Notes: generated by a model not told the origin, from the sequence alone. Numbered from the stretch's first letter, positions 17,462 through 27,384 are shown. The stretch is DNA of 64,000 bases from Candidatus Poribacteria bacterium (GCA_958295815.1 OY282374.1:514856-578855); one strand, 5' to 3'. Program-made: numbers and translations.

Positions 17462-18058
17462 TTAATTTTGGATATAGCGAAGTGCATGTTGCACTAAGTT
17501 TTCTCGTTTTGCGGAGGGACCAAGGACTTTTTGTGCCTTTTCAACGGCTTGTTCCGCTTGGAGTTCTGAAGCACCGAGGTTGATAAGTATTTCAAGCACC
17601 TCTGTGTTAAGAGACACAGTGTTTTCGAGGTCAGTATCGACTTCGAGTTGCATCTTCATGATATTCTTTTTCAGTTTAGAGATTATAGCTTGGGCGAGGT
17701 CTGCAGTTACGCGTGGAATTCGTGTTAGCGTGGGGACATCTCCGCGATGGATGGCGCGTTGGAATTGCACCGGGGATAACCTCGCAACAATGTTTTGTGC
17801 GAGTCCTGGTCCCACACCTGTGACAGTCAGGGCTAATTCAAATACTTTTAACGCGTCTCTTGAAGTAAATCCGTAGAGCGTAATCTTATTGTCGCGGGTT
17901 TGGTGATAGTATATATAGAGAGTAACGGTATCACCCACAGGTGGTAAATCTGTTAGTATTCTCGGTGGTACATCAACGGCATACCCAACACCGTTTACAT
18001 CAACGGTAACCTGTTTTGCGTCTTTATGGGCAAGCACCCCTTTGATGTAGGAAATCAT
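17462..18058 (-). CDS. ruvA: Holliday junction DNA-binding protein RuvA
   Basis: MISYIKG, DVNGVGY, TLYGF and HhH VTGVGP motifs; upstream of ruvB. Confidence 0.92.
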   Translation of the reverse strand: MISYIKGVLAHKDAKQVTVDVNGVGYAVDVPPRILTDLPPVGDTVTLYIYYHQTRDNKITLYGFTSRDALKVFELALTVTGVGPGLAQNIVARLSPVQFQRAIHRGDVPTLTRIPRVTADLAQAIISKLKKNIMKMQLEVDTDLENTVSLNTEVLEILINLGASELQAEQAVEKAQKVLGPSAKRENLVQHALRYIQN

Positions 18059-18189
18059 GCTGACTGTCCTTTGGGTGGATATGAAAAGTCGCTATTGCTT
18101 ATATGTGTCCAGCGTTGCAGCGCATTATGGAAGTGGGCATAGCAACACGCAAACGCGTCCGCCGTGTGATTGAGACGAGATGATTCCAT
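18055..18189 (-). pseudogene. ruvC: ruvC C-terminal relic (44 codons)
   Basis: Hand translation MESSRLNHTADAFACCYAHFH... matches the RuvC C-terminal ADALAxxxxH motif; lies in the yebC-[ruvC]-ruvA slot; stop overlaps the ruvA start (ATGA). Confidence 0.6.
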
Positions 18190-18230
18190 GCGATATATCT
18201 GCTTGACTTAGCTCGGCTTGTGTGTTGCAT

Positions 18231-18977
18231 CTACGCTGCCGCTTCTAACACGCTGTCCGGGATATCGAAATTAGCGTAAACTTTCTGAACGTCATCAAGA
18301 TCATCGAGAGCATCCATGAGTCGTATCATTCGTTCCGCTTCTTTCCCTTCGAGTTTCACTGTGTTCTGCGGAATCATGCTAATTTCAGCGAGTTGAACAT
18401 CTGCTGAAGTTTCCTGAACCGCCGTTAAGACACTATCAAACATTTCAAATGGTGTAAGAATTTCGATACCAGTCTCCGAAGGCGTGACGTCTTCTGCACC
18501 CGCTTCAGCTGCAATCATGAAAAGTTCTTCTTCGTCGATGCTATCGGGTGTTACGACAATCAACCCGCGTTTATCAAAAGCCCAGGCGACACATCCACGT
18601 TCACCGATTCTGCCTTCGTGCTTGGTGAGGGCATGTCGAATGTCTGCGACAGCCCGATTGCGGTTGTCAGTTAAAACTTCTATCATGAGTGCGACCCCAC
18701 CCGGTCCGTAGCCCTCATAGAGGATCTCTTCGTAGGTCGTACCTTCAAGTTCACCGGTACCACGAAGAATAGCTTTCTCAATATTGTCGCTGGGAAGGTT
18801 ACTTGACCGTGCAGTCGTAATTGCCGTGCGGAGTCGTGGATTCATGTCCACATCTCCACCACCCATACGTGCTGCGGCAGTAATTTCCTTAATCAACTTT
18901 GAGAAAAGTTTACCGCGCCTGGAGTCGTTCGCTGCTTTTTTATGTTTAATTGTAGACCATTTAGAATGTCCTGACAT
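18231..18977 (-). CDS. yebC: YebC/PmpR family protein
   Basis: [28 protein letters not shown] and DDVQKVYAN motifs. Confidence 0.97.
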   Translation of the reverse strand: MSGHSKWSTIKHKKAANDSRRGKLFSKLIKEITAAARMGGGDVDMNPRLRTAITTARSSNLPSDNIEKAILRGTGELEGTTYEEILYEGYGPGGVALMIEVLTDNRNRAVADIRHALTKHEGRIGERGCVAWAFDKRGLIVVTPDSIDEEELFMIAAEAGAEDVTPSETGIEILTPFEMFDSVLTAVQETSADVQLAEISMIPQNTVKLEGKEAERMIRLMDALDDLDDVQKVYANFDIPDSVLEAAA

Positions 18978-19085
18978 AGCCTATATCCTTCCTTGATTAT
19001 TTATGTTAAGGTTAAGTTAGTATAGCGTAACGCTGAAAAAGCTGCAACTTAAATCTATGGGATGTCAAACGCATTCGCTTCTTCT

Positions 19086-19159
19086 GTAGGAGGGATCTCC
19101 GAATCCCGACTCTTTCTGACCGCTGACTGCTACTTGTAGGAGGGATCTCCGAATCCCGA
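19086..19159 (+). repeat. Two copies of GTAG REP-like family 1
   Basis: GTAGGAGGGATCTCCGAATCCCGA at 19086 and 19136. Confidence 0.9.
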
Positions 19160-19213
19160 TCAATGATACCGACAGCTCAAAACTGGATACCCTATCTATG
19201 CTTTCACAATTGA

Positions 19214-19242
19214 TTGACAAAAGTCGGAATGTGTGCTATACT
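19214..19242 (+). promoter_or_regulatory. sigma70 promoter
   Basis: TTGACA-N17-TATACT. Confidence 0.6.
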
Positions 19243-19280
19243 TGTTATATCTCGCGTTTGAGGAGTGTAAATGGGTTGCT

Positions 19281-20057
19281 ATGTTACCTTTTGTTTTAAA
19301 AATCGCAGACCAGCCGGTGGAACGTCTACAGAGCATCAGTGCAGATCAATCTATTGATGTTGATGTTCAGATTGAATTTTACTCGCGGGAGTTTGAGCCT
19401 GCCGATATGGCGCGCCCATCGCGACGCCAAAGGTTGAGCCAATTAATCTTGCAAGAAGCCACCGAGGGTGCTTATGCGGACTTTGTTACGTTCCTTCGGG
19501 ATAGCGCAGAGCCGCAAAATTTTCTGCCCTTTGAGCACCTTTTACAATATCCTTGTCGACGATATGCATTGCTTCTTTCTGCCTCTCGTTCTCACGAGCT
19601 TTTCGAGATTTGCCAGATCCAACCTGACGCGAGTCCTTCCATCCTTCACTATCGTGGCTATGAAATAGCGATCAAACCTCGCAGATCTGTTTTAGATACT
19701 GCGGCTTATTTAGTGGCACCGGATAAATATACACTTTTTATAAGACAGGTCCGAGAGGACAACACCATTCGGGTTTACCGTAGCGATTTTATTAATCTCA
19801 CTCGGAATTCACCATCACCTTTCAGTTTTGATACCCGCGATATAATGGAGAATGTCCAACTTGAGCTCGCCAGGGAAAGGGAGCAGAATTTGCCGTTAGA
19901 ACAATTGCTTATGTTTCCATCGGCTAACGAGGAAACCTCTTTGCCTCGTGTAACAGACTGTCCTGAGTGTAGTGGTCGCGTGCGGCGTCTCGGTAGAGAG
20001 GGTTATTTCTGCTTAGAGTGCGATTGGGATAATCTCCCACGATTAAAACAGCCGTGA
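19281..20057 (+). CDS. Hypothetical protein with C-terminal Zn-ribbon
   Basis: CPEC...CLECDW at C-terminus; start placed downstream of the promoter. Confidence 0.65.
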   Translation: MLPFVLKIADQPVERLQSISADQSIDVDVQIEFYSREFEPADMARPSRRQRLSQLILQEATEGAYADFVTFLRDSAEPQNFLPFEHLLQYPCRRYALLLSASRSHELFEICQIQPDASPSILHYRGYEIAIKPRRSVLDTAAYLVAPDKYTLFIRQVREDNTIRVYRSDFINLTRNSPSPFSFDTRDIMENVQLELAREREQNLPLEQLLMFPSANEETSLPRVTDCPECSGRVRRLGREGYFCLECDWDNLPRLKQP

Positions 20058-20097
20058 TGGTCCGGGACTAAAGCACAGAACTTGGTTTCCATTACTT

Positions 20098-20715
20098 TCA
20101 AGTTTGACTTCCGAGTTTCGCTAAATGCAAAACGAGTGTCGTATTACCAATGGCGAGCACTGCGCCAACAACGGTTTGTAGAAGTGTATGCCGTTTTCGG
20201 TAAACCCGTGCCCAAGCAATCAATGGAATCAGCAAGAATAACCAACCAAATTGTGGATTAACAAGCATCACGAGTACGGTGACACATCCGGTGGCAACGC
20301 TACTGTGAAAACTAATTTTCCACATTAGGGTGATTGCGAAAAAAACGACACTGTTTGTGATATAAGCGACGCCTGCCCAGACAATTTCACGTGCCGCACC
20401 CAGTTCGTGCAATAGAAAAGTTCCCACAATCATACTGATGAGTGTACAGCATAAAGGTAGGAACCGTTCTTCTCTATTTTTCAGGTGTAGATCGCTTACT
20501 TTGGCGAACCGGACCATTACTGCTATCGACAGGGCGGGTAGGACGGTAACAAATAATACTACGATCGCCAACCACCGGAGGCTGTCTTGAGGTGCTGCAT
20601 GTTTTTCGACAACTCCGAAGGCTGTCGCAATGGGTACCAAAAAAGGGCTAAAAACGACAGAGATACACCATGCTAACCGTGCCGTAATTGTCGATAGGGT
20701 CCTGCGCGTCATCAA
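20098..20715 (-). CDS. PAP2-like membrane protein
   Basis: About 6 TM helices; KISFHS and WARVYRKRHT motifs; starts 4 bp after the peroxiredoxin stop. Confidence 0.7.
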   Translation of the reverse strand: MMTRRTLSTITARLAWCISVVFSPFLVPIATAFGVVEKHAAPQDSLRWLAIVVLFVTVLPALSIAVMVRFAKVSDLHLKNREERFLPLCCTLISMIVGTFLLHELGAAREIVWAGVAYITNSVVFFAITLMWKISFHSSVATGCVTVLVMLVNPQFGWLFLLIPLIAWARVYRKRHTLLQTVVGAVLAIGNTTLVLHLAKLGSQT

Positions 20716-20719
20716 TTAA

Positions 20720-21730
20720 TTAGTTTGACGTTTCCAACGTTTTGAAGAAATTAACTAAGTCTGTGCCGTGTGTGCTGGCGTTGACTTTTTTATCGATTTC
20801 CAGAATTTTCCCCTCTTTATCGATAATAATAGATAATCGATCGATCCTTCCTTCAAGGACATTTGTCGCACCATATAGGAGTGAAAGATTGCGACTGGTG
20901 TCTACTAAAAGAGGGAAATTCAACTGATTTTCTTCGGAAAATCTCTGGTGTGAATCGGCGTCATTTACAGTAATTCCAAAAATCTGAGCATCGTATTCGG
21001 CAAAACTACTCGACTCATCACGGAGCGAGCAAACTTCTGCCGTTCAGCCAGTACCAAAGTCGCGCGGATAAAACGCGAGTACAACGTTCTTTTTTCCACG
21101 AAATTCACTTAATTGGTGCGTTTTACCACTGCCATCAACAGCAATAAAATCAGGGGCAGTTTGTCCGGCTTCTACCTTCGGTAGCACCTCTTTAAGCTGG
21201 ACAACCACATCTTCGCCGTGTGTTTTAGTGTTAACTTCTCTATCAATAGCACGGATGTATCCGGATTTGTCGATGATAAAAGTTGTCCGTTTTGATGCTT
21301 TGAAGTTTTCGATGATACCGCTGTACTGCGTACTCACCTCAAATTCGGTATCTGCCAATAGAGAAAAGCCGAATTTTTGCGCTGCTCTGAATTGCTTGTG
21401 TGATTCGACGGAGTCAACACTCACGCCGAAAAGCACACTATCAGTTGCTTCTATCTCGCTCAAACTATCCCGGAGCGAGTTGAGTTCGGCTGTTCAGCCA
21501 CCGGTAAAATCCTTCGGATAAAAGGCGAGAACGACATTCTTTTTACCTAAGTAATCGCTGAGATTCCGCTCAACACCTTCTTCATCTTTGAGTGTAAAAT
21601 CTGGGGCTGTCATCCCCGCTGTTAGCGTATCTGGCGTTGTCACTGCTTCCTCCCCTGAAGCTGCTGGAATTATAAGGGCTGTCATGAGGATAGCAGCCCA
21701 GACGCTCGCATTAAGCCGCGTTAGAAACAT
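20720..21730 (-). CDS. Exported tandem two-domain BCP/PrxQ-type peroxiredoxin selenoprotein (predicted Sec79 and Sec229)
   Basis: One frame through TGA 21496-21494 (YPKDFTGG-U-TAELN) and TGA 21046-21044 (YPRDFGTG-U-TAEVC); both at the peroxidatic Cys position; GGAGG RBS, signal peptide, hairpins 14 nt after each UGA. Confidence 0.88.
20999..21041 (-). promoter_or_regulatory. SECIS-like hairpin 2
   Basis: GGCAGAAGUUUGCUCGCUC-CGUGAU-GAGUCGAGUAGUUUUGCC directly downstream of the second UGA. Confidence 0.65.
21455..21479 (-). promoter_or_regulatory. SECIS-like hairpin 1
   Basis: CUCGCUC-CGGGAUAGUUU-GAGCGAG, perfect 7-bp stem starting 14 nt after the first UGA. Confidence 0.65.
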
Positions 21731-21803
21731 CACATTATGCCTCCACGAATTTTTTATCGCAAGTTTTCGGCTTACAGCTTCGCCGAAAAATATTATTATC
21801 GAA

Positions 21804-21832
21804 ATTATACGCCAATTTCCTGTGAGTGTCAA
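21804..21832 (-). promoter_or_regulatory. sigma70 promoter of the peroxiredoxin gene
   Basis: Perfect TTGACA-N17-TATAAT on the minus strand. Confidence 0.7.
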
Positions 21833-21883
21833 GAAAACTCCGATCGGCGTAGCACTGTTTCGTTTTTTGATAGCCTTGTAGTC

Positions 21884-22750
21884 TTAGTTTGAAAGAATGT
21901 CATGTTCTTCAAGCCATGTCTTCAAAGGCACGTCGTCATCCTTAGGTGAAAAATGCCCATTTGCATTAGTTCCACCACCGAGAAGCTGCTGTCGAATCGG
22001 GTCATTTCGTTCAAACATCTCTTTCGGGATGGTCATGTTATCTTTGCTCCGTAGCCATCGATAGCCGTATCCATAAAAGAGTCCCTTGCGGGTGATGTCT
22101 GAATCATTTTCGCTGCGGGAATGCCATAGACGTCGGTCGAAGAAGACCGCGTCACCAGGTTTACAACAGACGGGTATTGCCCCCTTCGGAAGCGAACCGT
22201 CTGTCGGACGGTCTTCGAGTTTATTCCATAGGTGACTTCCTGGGATGATATAGAAGTTTCCGCGTCCAGGCTCTGAGCAGTCAGATAGCCAGTAGACGAC
22301 TTTGATAGAGAGACGGGGTCGAGGTGAGCTTTCCATCTCAATATTAACACGTCCACTATCCTGATGCCAGCCGAGCGGTGTCGGTTTACCACGCACTTCC
22401 TCTGGACGTGGTGGTGTAATGATGAAATGGCTGTGGTAGGAGTAGATATTCCACCCCAAAATGCCCCAGATCTTCGGAAACGTTTTATACCAGTCCAAAA
22501 TGTTCACGAAGACCTGATCTGTGCCGAGGAAGTTCGGATAGAAAAAATTGTTATGCGCAGCCAGTTGGTTTTTGGTATATGGGTCGTAACCGGCATCGAG
22601 GTGTTGTTGATAGATGTTGTCCACCCGCGTTTCGAGCCGTTCAACGAGATCTGGCGGGAGTGCATTTTCGATGATTAAATACCCATCTTCATTCATAGCA
22701 CTGCGTTGTTCATCTGTGAGCTGGTGTTGTAGATGTCTTTCGTCAAGCAT
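21884..22750 (-). CDS. Phytanoyl-CoA dioxygenase (PhyH) family Fe(II)/2OG oxygenase
   Basis: WHQD, IPGSH, GDAVFF and LWH...R motifs. Confidence 0.9.
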   Translation of the reverse strand: MLDERHLQHQLTDEQRSAMNEDGYLIIENALPPDLVERLETRVDNIYQQHLDAGYDPYTKNQLAAHNNFFYPNFLGTDQVFVNILDWYKTFPKIWGILGWNIYSYHSHFIITPPRPEEVRGKPTPLGWHQDSGRVNIEMESSPRPRLSIKVVYWLSDCSEPGRGNFYIIPGSHLWNKLEDRPTDGSLPKGAIPVCCKPGDAVFFDRRLWHSRSENDSDITRKGLFYGYGYRWLRSKDNMTIPKEMFERNDPIRQQLLGGGTNANGHFSPKDDDVPLKTWLEEHDILSN

Positions 22751-22797
22751 AGCTTAAATCTCCGATTTATGATGATTATCCGAGGTGCGTGAATAGG

Positions 22798-23751
22798 TTA
22801 ATCCGGTAAAGGACCTTCTATTTGGTCCACCAAGTGAATGGAATGGATGACATCACGGAGGTCTGTGAGCGGGACTTTCCGGTTACGGACGCAATCGGCG
22901 AAGTGGCGGTGCATAGTCAGGACGCCTTCATAATTTGCTGAGTCGCGTTCATCTACACCGTCAACTTCCCAACCGCCCATAACGCTTCTGTTATTGTCCT
23001 CATAAATTTCAATTTCTTCTGGGATTTTCATGTAACAACCAATGCCGACACCGTGCAATTCGGAACGAAGCACGCGTCCACCCGATGCGCGACTCCCGAA
23101 GAGTACACCTGTGACATTATTATCAAAACGGACGAAAGCAGTGTAGAAGTTACGTTGTTCTGCAGCGAACGTGTCTCGATGCGCCGTGACTTCCACGGGT
23201 TCGCCACCTGCCATATAGCGGAGTAGATCGACGACGTGACAAACATCGTTCCAGAGGGTTGTCGTAAATTCTCGGTTCTGACCGATCATTTGCTTGTTAA
23301 AGGTGGTGACGGCTAATGTAACAGGTCCCTTTTCTGCGACCCGTCGCATTGCTTCACGGGTGACAGCGGCATATCTGCGTTGAAACCCTACCATGCAGTA
23401 GACATCGTTGGCAATCGCTGCCTCGAGTAATTGTTGTGTTTCATCGCTGTTCGCACCCGGAGGCTTCTCGATAAACATGTGCTTGCCAGCGTTAAGGCAA
23501 TCCAAGGCGGGTTGCAAAATCCACTTTTCATTCATCACGCAATAGACGACGTCTAAGTCTTCTGTGTCCAACATCTTCCTGTGATCTGTGTAGGTATGTG
23601 GGAACTCATATTTCTGTGCGACTTGTGCGAGTTTTTCTTCATCCAGTTCGCATACCGCGAGCATCTCAACATCATCTTCGAGACGGTTAACACTTGGATA
23701 ATGTGCGCCTTGACTACGTCCCCCTGCACCGATAAATCCTGCTTTAAGCAT
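22798..23751 (-). CDS. Gfo/Idh/MocA oxidoreductase
   Basis: GFIGAG, GKHMFIEKP, VGFQRRY and HVVDLL motifs; AAGGAG RBS before ATG 23751. Confidence 0.9.
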   Translation of the reverse strand: MLKAGFIGAGGRSQGAHYPSVNRLEDDVEMLAVCELDEEKLAQVAQKYEFPHTYTDHRKMLDTEDLDVVYCVMNEKWILQPALDCLNAGKHMFIEKPPGANSDETQQLLEAAIANDVYCMVGFQRRYAAVTREAMRRVAEKGPVTLAVTTFNKQMIGQNREFTTTLWNDVCHVVDLLRYMAGGEPVEVTAHRDTFAAEQRNFYTAFVRFDNNVTGVLFGSRASGGRVLRSELHGVGIGCYMKIPEEIEIYEDNNRSVMGGWEVDGVDERDSANYEGVLTMHRHFADCVRNRKVPLTDLRDVIHSIHLVDQIEGPLPD

Positions 23752-24006
23752 TGGGACTCTCCTTTGTCTCAATATTCGTGAAACTTTGTCCATTTTGAAG
23801 TGTCCATACTTTAGCACAAATCTAAATTGATGGCAAGAGAATTTTTCGGGGTCGGAGGGCATTTAATTTCCTGAAGTATAGGTCAAAAAGTTTGATTCTC
23901 TGAATGTTTTGTGGTATTCTCTTAACACCACATTAATTTTCAGGCAATCGAGCGTACTATATTCGTAGAACCGCTTGGAACCGAACCGATTGGTAAGGAG
24001 ACACTC

Positions 24007-24825
24007 ATGCCAGTTTTTGATGCAGAAGCCTTAGAATTTTGGGAAGAGAATGGTTACGTTGTTGTGCCAGAAGCCGTCCCTCTTGAGAACTGCCGCGCTG
24101 CGGAACAAGCCGTTTGGGATTTTCTTGAAATGGATCGTGACGATCCAGACAGTTGGTATCCTGACCCACCGCGTCGGAGTATCATGGTAGAGATTTATCA
24201 GCACCAAGCCTTGTGGGATAATCGCCAATACCCGCGTATACATCAGGCTTTCTCAGAAATTTGGGAAAACGAGAAACTTTGGGTTAGTTTTGATCGCGCA
24301 AGCATGAATCCACCTGAACGTTCGGATTGGAAATTCACCGGACCTTACTTGCATTGGGATATGTCGTTGGACGATATGCCGGTGCGTTTAAAGGTACAAG
24401 GTGTGCTGTATCTGGCAGATACACCCGGCAATCAGGGGGCATTCACCTGCATTCCAGGGTTCCATCGGAAATTGGAGTCATGGTTAGATGACCTGCCTGC
24501 CGATACCAATCCACGGGAAGTCGTGCGAGACTACCAAGCCGAAGCGGTTCCGGTTGCCGGGAAAGCCGGTGATCTTGTAATCTGGCACAGTGCATTGCCA
24601 CACGGTAGTAGCCCGAATTCTGCCGAGCGTCCGCGGATGGCGCAATACATAACGATGTCACCAGCACCAACGAACGGAAATCCTGAGTCCCGGATTACCG
24701 GATGGCGCGAACGATTAACAGGTCTCGGCAAAGAGGCGAAAGAGAAGGAACATTACCAGGGGAAGACAGCCGAGTTGACACCTTTAGGGGAAAGACTCCT
24801 TGGGCTTGAATCGTGGGATGTCTGA
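24007..24825 (+). CDS. Phytanoyl-CoA dioxygenase family protein
   Basis: LHWD, VQGVLYLADT, PGFH and GDLVIWHSALPHG motifs. Confidence 0.88.
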   Translation: MPVFDAEALEFWEENGYVVVPEAVPLENCRAAEQAVWDFLEMDRDDPDSWYPDPPRRSIMVEIYQHQALWDNRQYPRIHQAFSEIWENEKLWVSFDRASMNPPERSDWKFTGPYLHWDMSLDDMPVRLKVQGVLYLADTPGNQGAFTCIPGFHRKLESWLDDLPADTNPREVVRDYQAEAVPVAGKAGDLVIWHSALPHGSSPNSAERPRMAQYITMSPAPTNGNPESRITGWRERLTGLGKEAKEKEHYQGKTAELTPLGERLLGLESWDV

Positions 24826-24913
24826 TGCGTCTTTAGTAGTTAAGTTAAATAGATAGGGTGGGTGCTGTGCCCGCTCACTGGTGTCCAGCTGGTGCATGAA
24901 GGAGATTTGCATC

Positions 24914-26206
24914 ATGACAGATTTATTGGCAGCACGGGCACAGATGGCAATGTCTCTCGCGTTTCACATTATTTTTGCAGCAGTCGGTATCGCAATGCCG
25001 CTGCTAATGGTGATTGCGGAGGGATTGTGGCTTAAAACGCGAGAAGAGGTATACCTGACGCTGGCGAAGCAGTGGGCAAAAGGCACCGCTGTGATGTTCG
25101 CTGTTGGTGCCGTCTCTGGGACCGTCCTATCTTTTGAACTCGGCTTGTTGTGGCCCAATTTCATGGCTTACGCCGGTCCAATCATCGGAATGCCGTTTTC
25201 GCTGGAAGGGTTGGCGTTTTTCGTTGAAGCAATCTTTTTAGGGCTTTATCTCTACGGTTGGGATCGCATCCCAAAATATGCACACTGGTTCGCTGGTATG
25301 ATGGTGCTGCTCGGCGGTACGTTTTCGGGCATCTTCGTTGTTACCGCGAATGCTTGGATGAATACACCCACCGGCTTTTCGATTGTCAATGGTGAAGTGA
25401 CAGACATCGATCCGATTGCGGCGATGCTCAATCCCTCCTCGTTCAGCCAAGCACTCCACATGACCATTGCTGCTTTTCTCGCTGTCGGATTTGCAGTGGC
25501 TGGTATTCACGCCTATTTCCTCAGACGCGATCCAAATAACCTTTTCCATCGCCGAGCATTCGCTATTGCGTTAAGTGTCGGCGCGGTGTTCGCACTCCTC
25601 CAACCAATTTCGGGAGACATCAGTGCTAAGAAATTGGCTAAGTATCAACCCGTTAAGCTCGCCGCAATGGAGGCGCAATGGGAGACAGAGCGTGGCGCGC
25701 CCTTACGCATTGGTGGTATTCCTAACGAGGATACTGAAGAAACCCGATATGCCCTTGAGATTCCGAAGGCACTCAGTTTCCTCGCACATTCCGACTTCAA
25801 CGCTGAGATTATGGGACTCAAGGCGGTCCCACGCGAAAATCGTCCACCTGTGGCAATTGTGCATTTCGCATTTCAGATTATGGTGGCGTGTGGGATTGTG
25901 TTGATTACCGCTGGTGTGCTCGGCGGTTGGCTGGCGTGGAGACGAAAAGGTCTGCCAAGCCAACCTTGGTATCTTCGATTTGTCACGTTCTGCACACCAC
26001 TTGGATTTATTGCGATTGAAGCAGGCTGGACGGTCACGGAGGTCGGACGGCAACCGTGGGTTATCTATGGTCTGATGCGTACAGCAGATGCGGTAACGCC
26101 AATGCCAAACCTTGTTGTTCCGTTTGTCAGTTTTACGGTGCTTTACATTTTTCTCTCAATTATTGTTTTCATATTATTACGCCGTCTTATTTTTACCTCA
26201 GTTTAG
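24914..26206 (+). CDS. cydA: Cytochrome bd ubiquinol oxidase subunit I
   Basis: FHIIF, GAVSG, ANAWMNTP, QPVKLAAME and GWTVTEVGRQPW motifs. Confidence 0.95.
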   Translation: MTDLLAARAQMAMSLAFHIIFAAVGIAMPLLMVIAEGLWLKTREEVYLTLAKQWAKGTAVMFAVGAVSGTVLSFELGLLWPNFMAYAGPIIGMPFSLEGLAFFVEAIFLGLYLYGWDRIPKYAHWFAGMMVLLGGTFSGIFVVTANAWMNTPTGFSIVNGEVTDIDPIAAMLNPSSFSQALHMTIAAFLAVGFAVAGIHAYFLRRDPNNLFHRRAFAIALSVGAVFALLQPISGDISAKKLAKYQPVKLAAMEAQWETERGAPLRIGGIPNEDTEETRYALEIPKALSFLAHSDFNAEIMGLKAVPRENRPPVAIVHFAFQIMVACGIVLITAGVLGGWLAWRRKGLPSQPWYLRFVTFCTPLGFIAIEAGWTVTEVGRQPWVIYGLMRTADAVTPMPNLVVPFVSFTVLYIFLSIIVFILLRRLIFTSV

Positions 26207-26273
26207 AGACGGATGGTTTGCTGTCAGAGGATCCAGAACTTGTGCTTGTAGCGAGACTTAGTGGAGGGATTTT

Positions 26274-27314
26274 GTGTTTACACTTGAATTCTGCGTCGCT
26301 GGCGTGATGCTTATCTCCCTCGTTATCTATATGTTGACAGGTGGTGCTGATTTTGGCGGTGGGATTTGGGATCTGTTTGCGACGGGTCGCCGTGCAAAAG
26401 CGCAGCGTTCACTTATCATGGAAGCCATCGCTCCGATCTGGGAAGCCAACCATGTCTGGTTAATTGTGATTGTTGTGCTGCTCTTCGTGGCATTTCCGGT
26501 CGCATTCGCGTCGATTAGTACGGCTTTACATATTCCATTGACATTGATGCTCGTGGGTATTGTGCTTCGCGGCTCAGCGTTTGTGTTTCGGACCTACGAT
26601 GTCCAATCGGATACGACACATCGCCGTTGGAGCCGGATGTTCGCCGTCGCAAGTGCTATTACACCTATCATGTTAGGAATTACGTTAGGGGCGGTTGCGT
26701 CCGGCGCGATTCACGTTGACGTGGAGAGTGGACAAGTGGACACCGACTTTATCTCAGCGTGGTTTGCCCCGTTTCCGTTTGCAATCGGTTTTTTCACCTT
26801 GACGCTCTGTGCCTTCCTTGCGGCGGTGTATCTCACGCTAGAGACTGAGGATTCGGGATTAAAAGAGGATTTTCGGCGACGCGCACTCATCGCGGCGGTG
26901 AGTGTTGGGGCAATGGCAGGACTGAGTTTTCTCTTATCTGCTGAAGGCGCGCCAATGATTCGGCAGGGACTCAGTGGTGCCCCTTGGTCGATCCCGTTTC
27001 ATATTTTGACGGGTGCGGTAGCTCTGTGGGCAATCTGGACGATTTGGAAACGTCAATTTCGCCTTGCGTGTATTCTTGTTCCGATACAGGTTACACTGAT
27101 TGTTTTCGGCTGGGGACTTGCACAGTATCCATATCTTGTTACACCCGACTTAACCTTTTCAAACGTAGCTGCACCGGATGCTGTGTTGCGTCCAATGTTG
27201 ATTATATTAGGTGTCGGTGGGGTTCTGTTGGCACCTGCATTCTGGTATCTTTACGCTGTATTTAAGGGCGCGTCTCGAAAAACGAATGATGCTCCAGAGC
27301 AACTTGATACTTGA
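26274..27314 (+). CDS. cydB: Cytochrome bd ubiquinol oxidase subunit II
   Basis: GADFGGG, PIWEANHVWL and LRGSAFVFR motifs; follows cydA. Confidence 0.95.
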   Translation: MFTLEFCVAGVMLISLVIYMLTGGADFGGGIWDLFATGRRAKAQRSLIMEAIAPIWEANHVWLIVIVVLLFVAFPVAFASISTALHIPLTLMLVGIVLRGSAFVFRTYDVQSDTTHRRWSRMFAVASAITPIMLGITLGAVASGAIHVDVESGQVDTDFISAWFAPFPFAIGFFTLTLCAFLAAVYLTLETEDSGLKEDFRRRALIAAVSVGAMAGLSFLLSAEGAPMIRQGLSGAPWSIPFHILTGAVALWAIWTIWKRQFRLACILVPIQVTLIVFGWGLAQYPYLVTPDLTFSNVAAPDAVLRPMLIILGVGGVLLAPAFWYLYAVFKGASRKTNDAPEQLDT

Positions 27315-27384
27315 CACTGGTAAAACAACTCGATGTAAATCCTGCCTTTTCCTTGTTTTTCCCCTCATTTTCTGTTAAAATTAA

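Noticed and set aside
20720..21832. Three separate small genes or a nonsense-disrupted pseudogene
   Set aside because: Both stops are TGA at the catalytic Cys codon, the frame and homology continue, and each has a downstream hairpin; Sec recoding explains this better.
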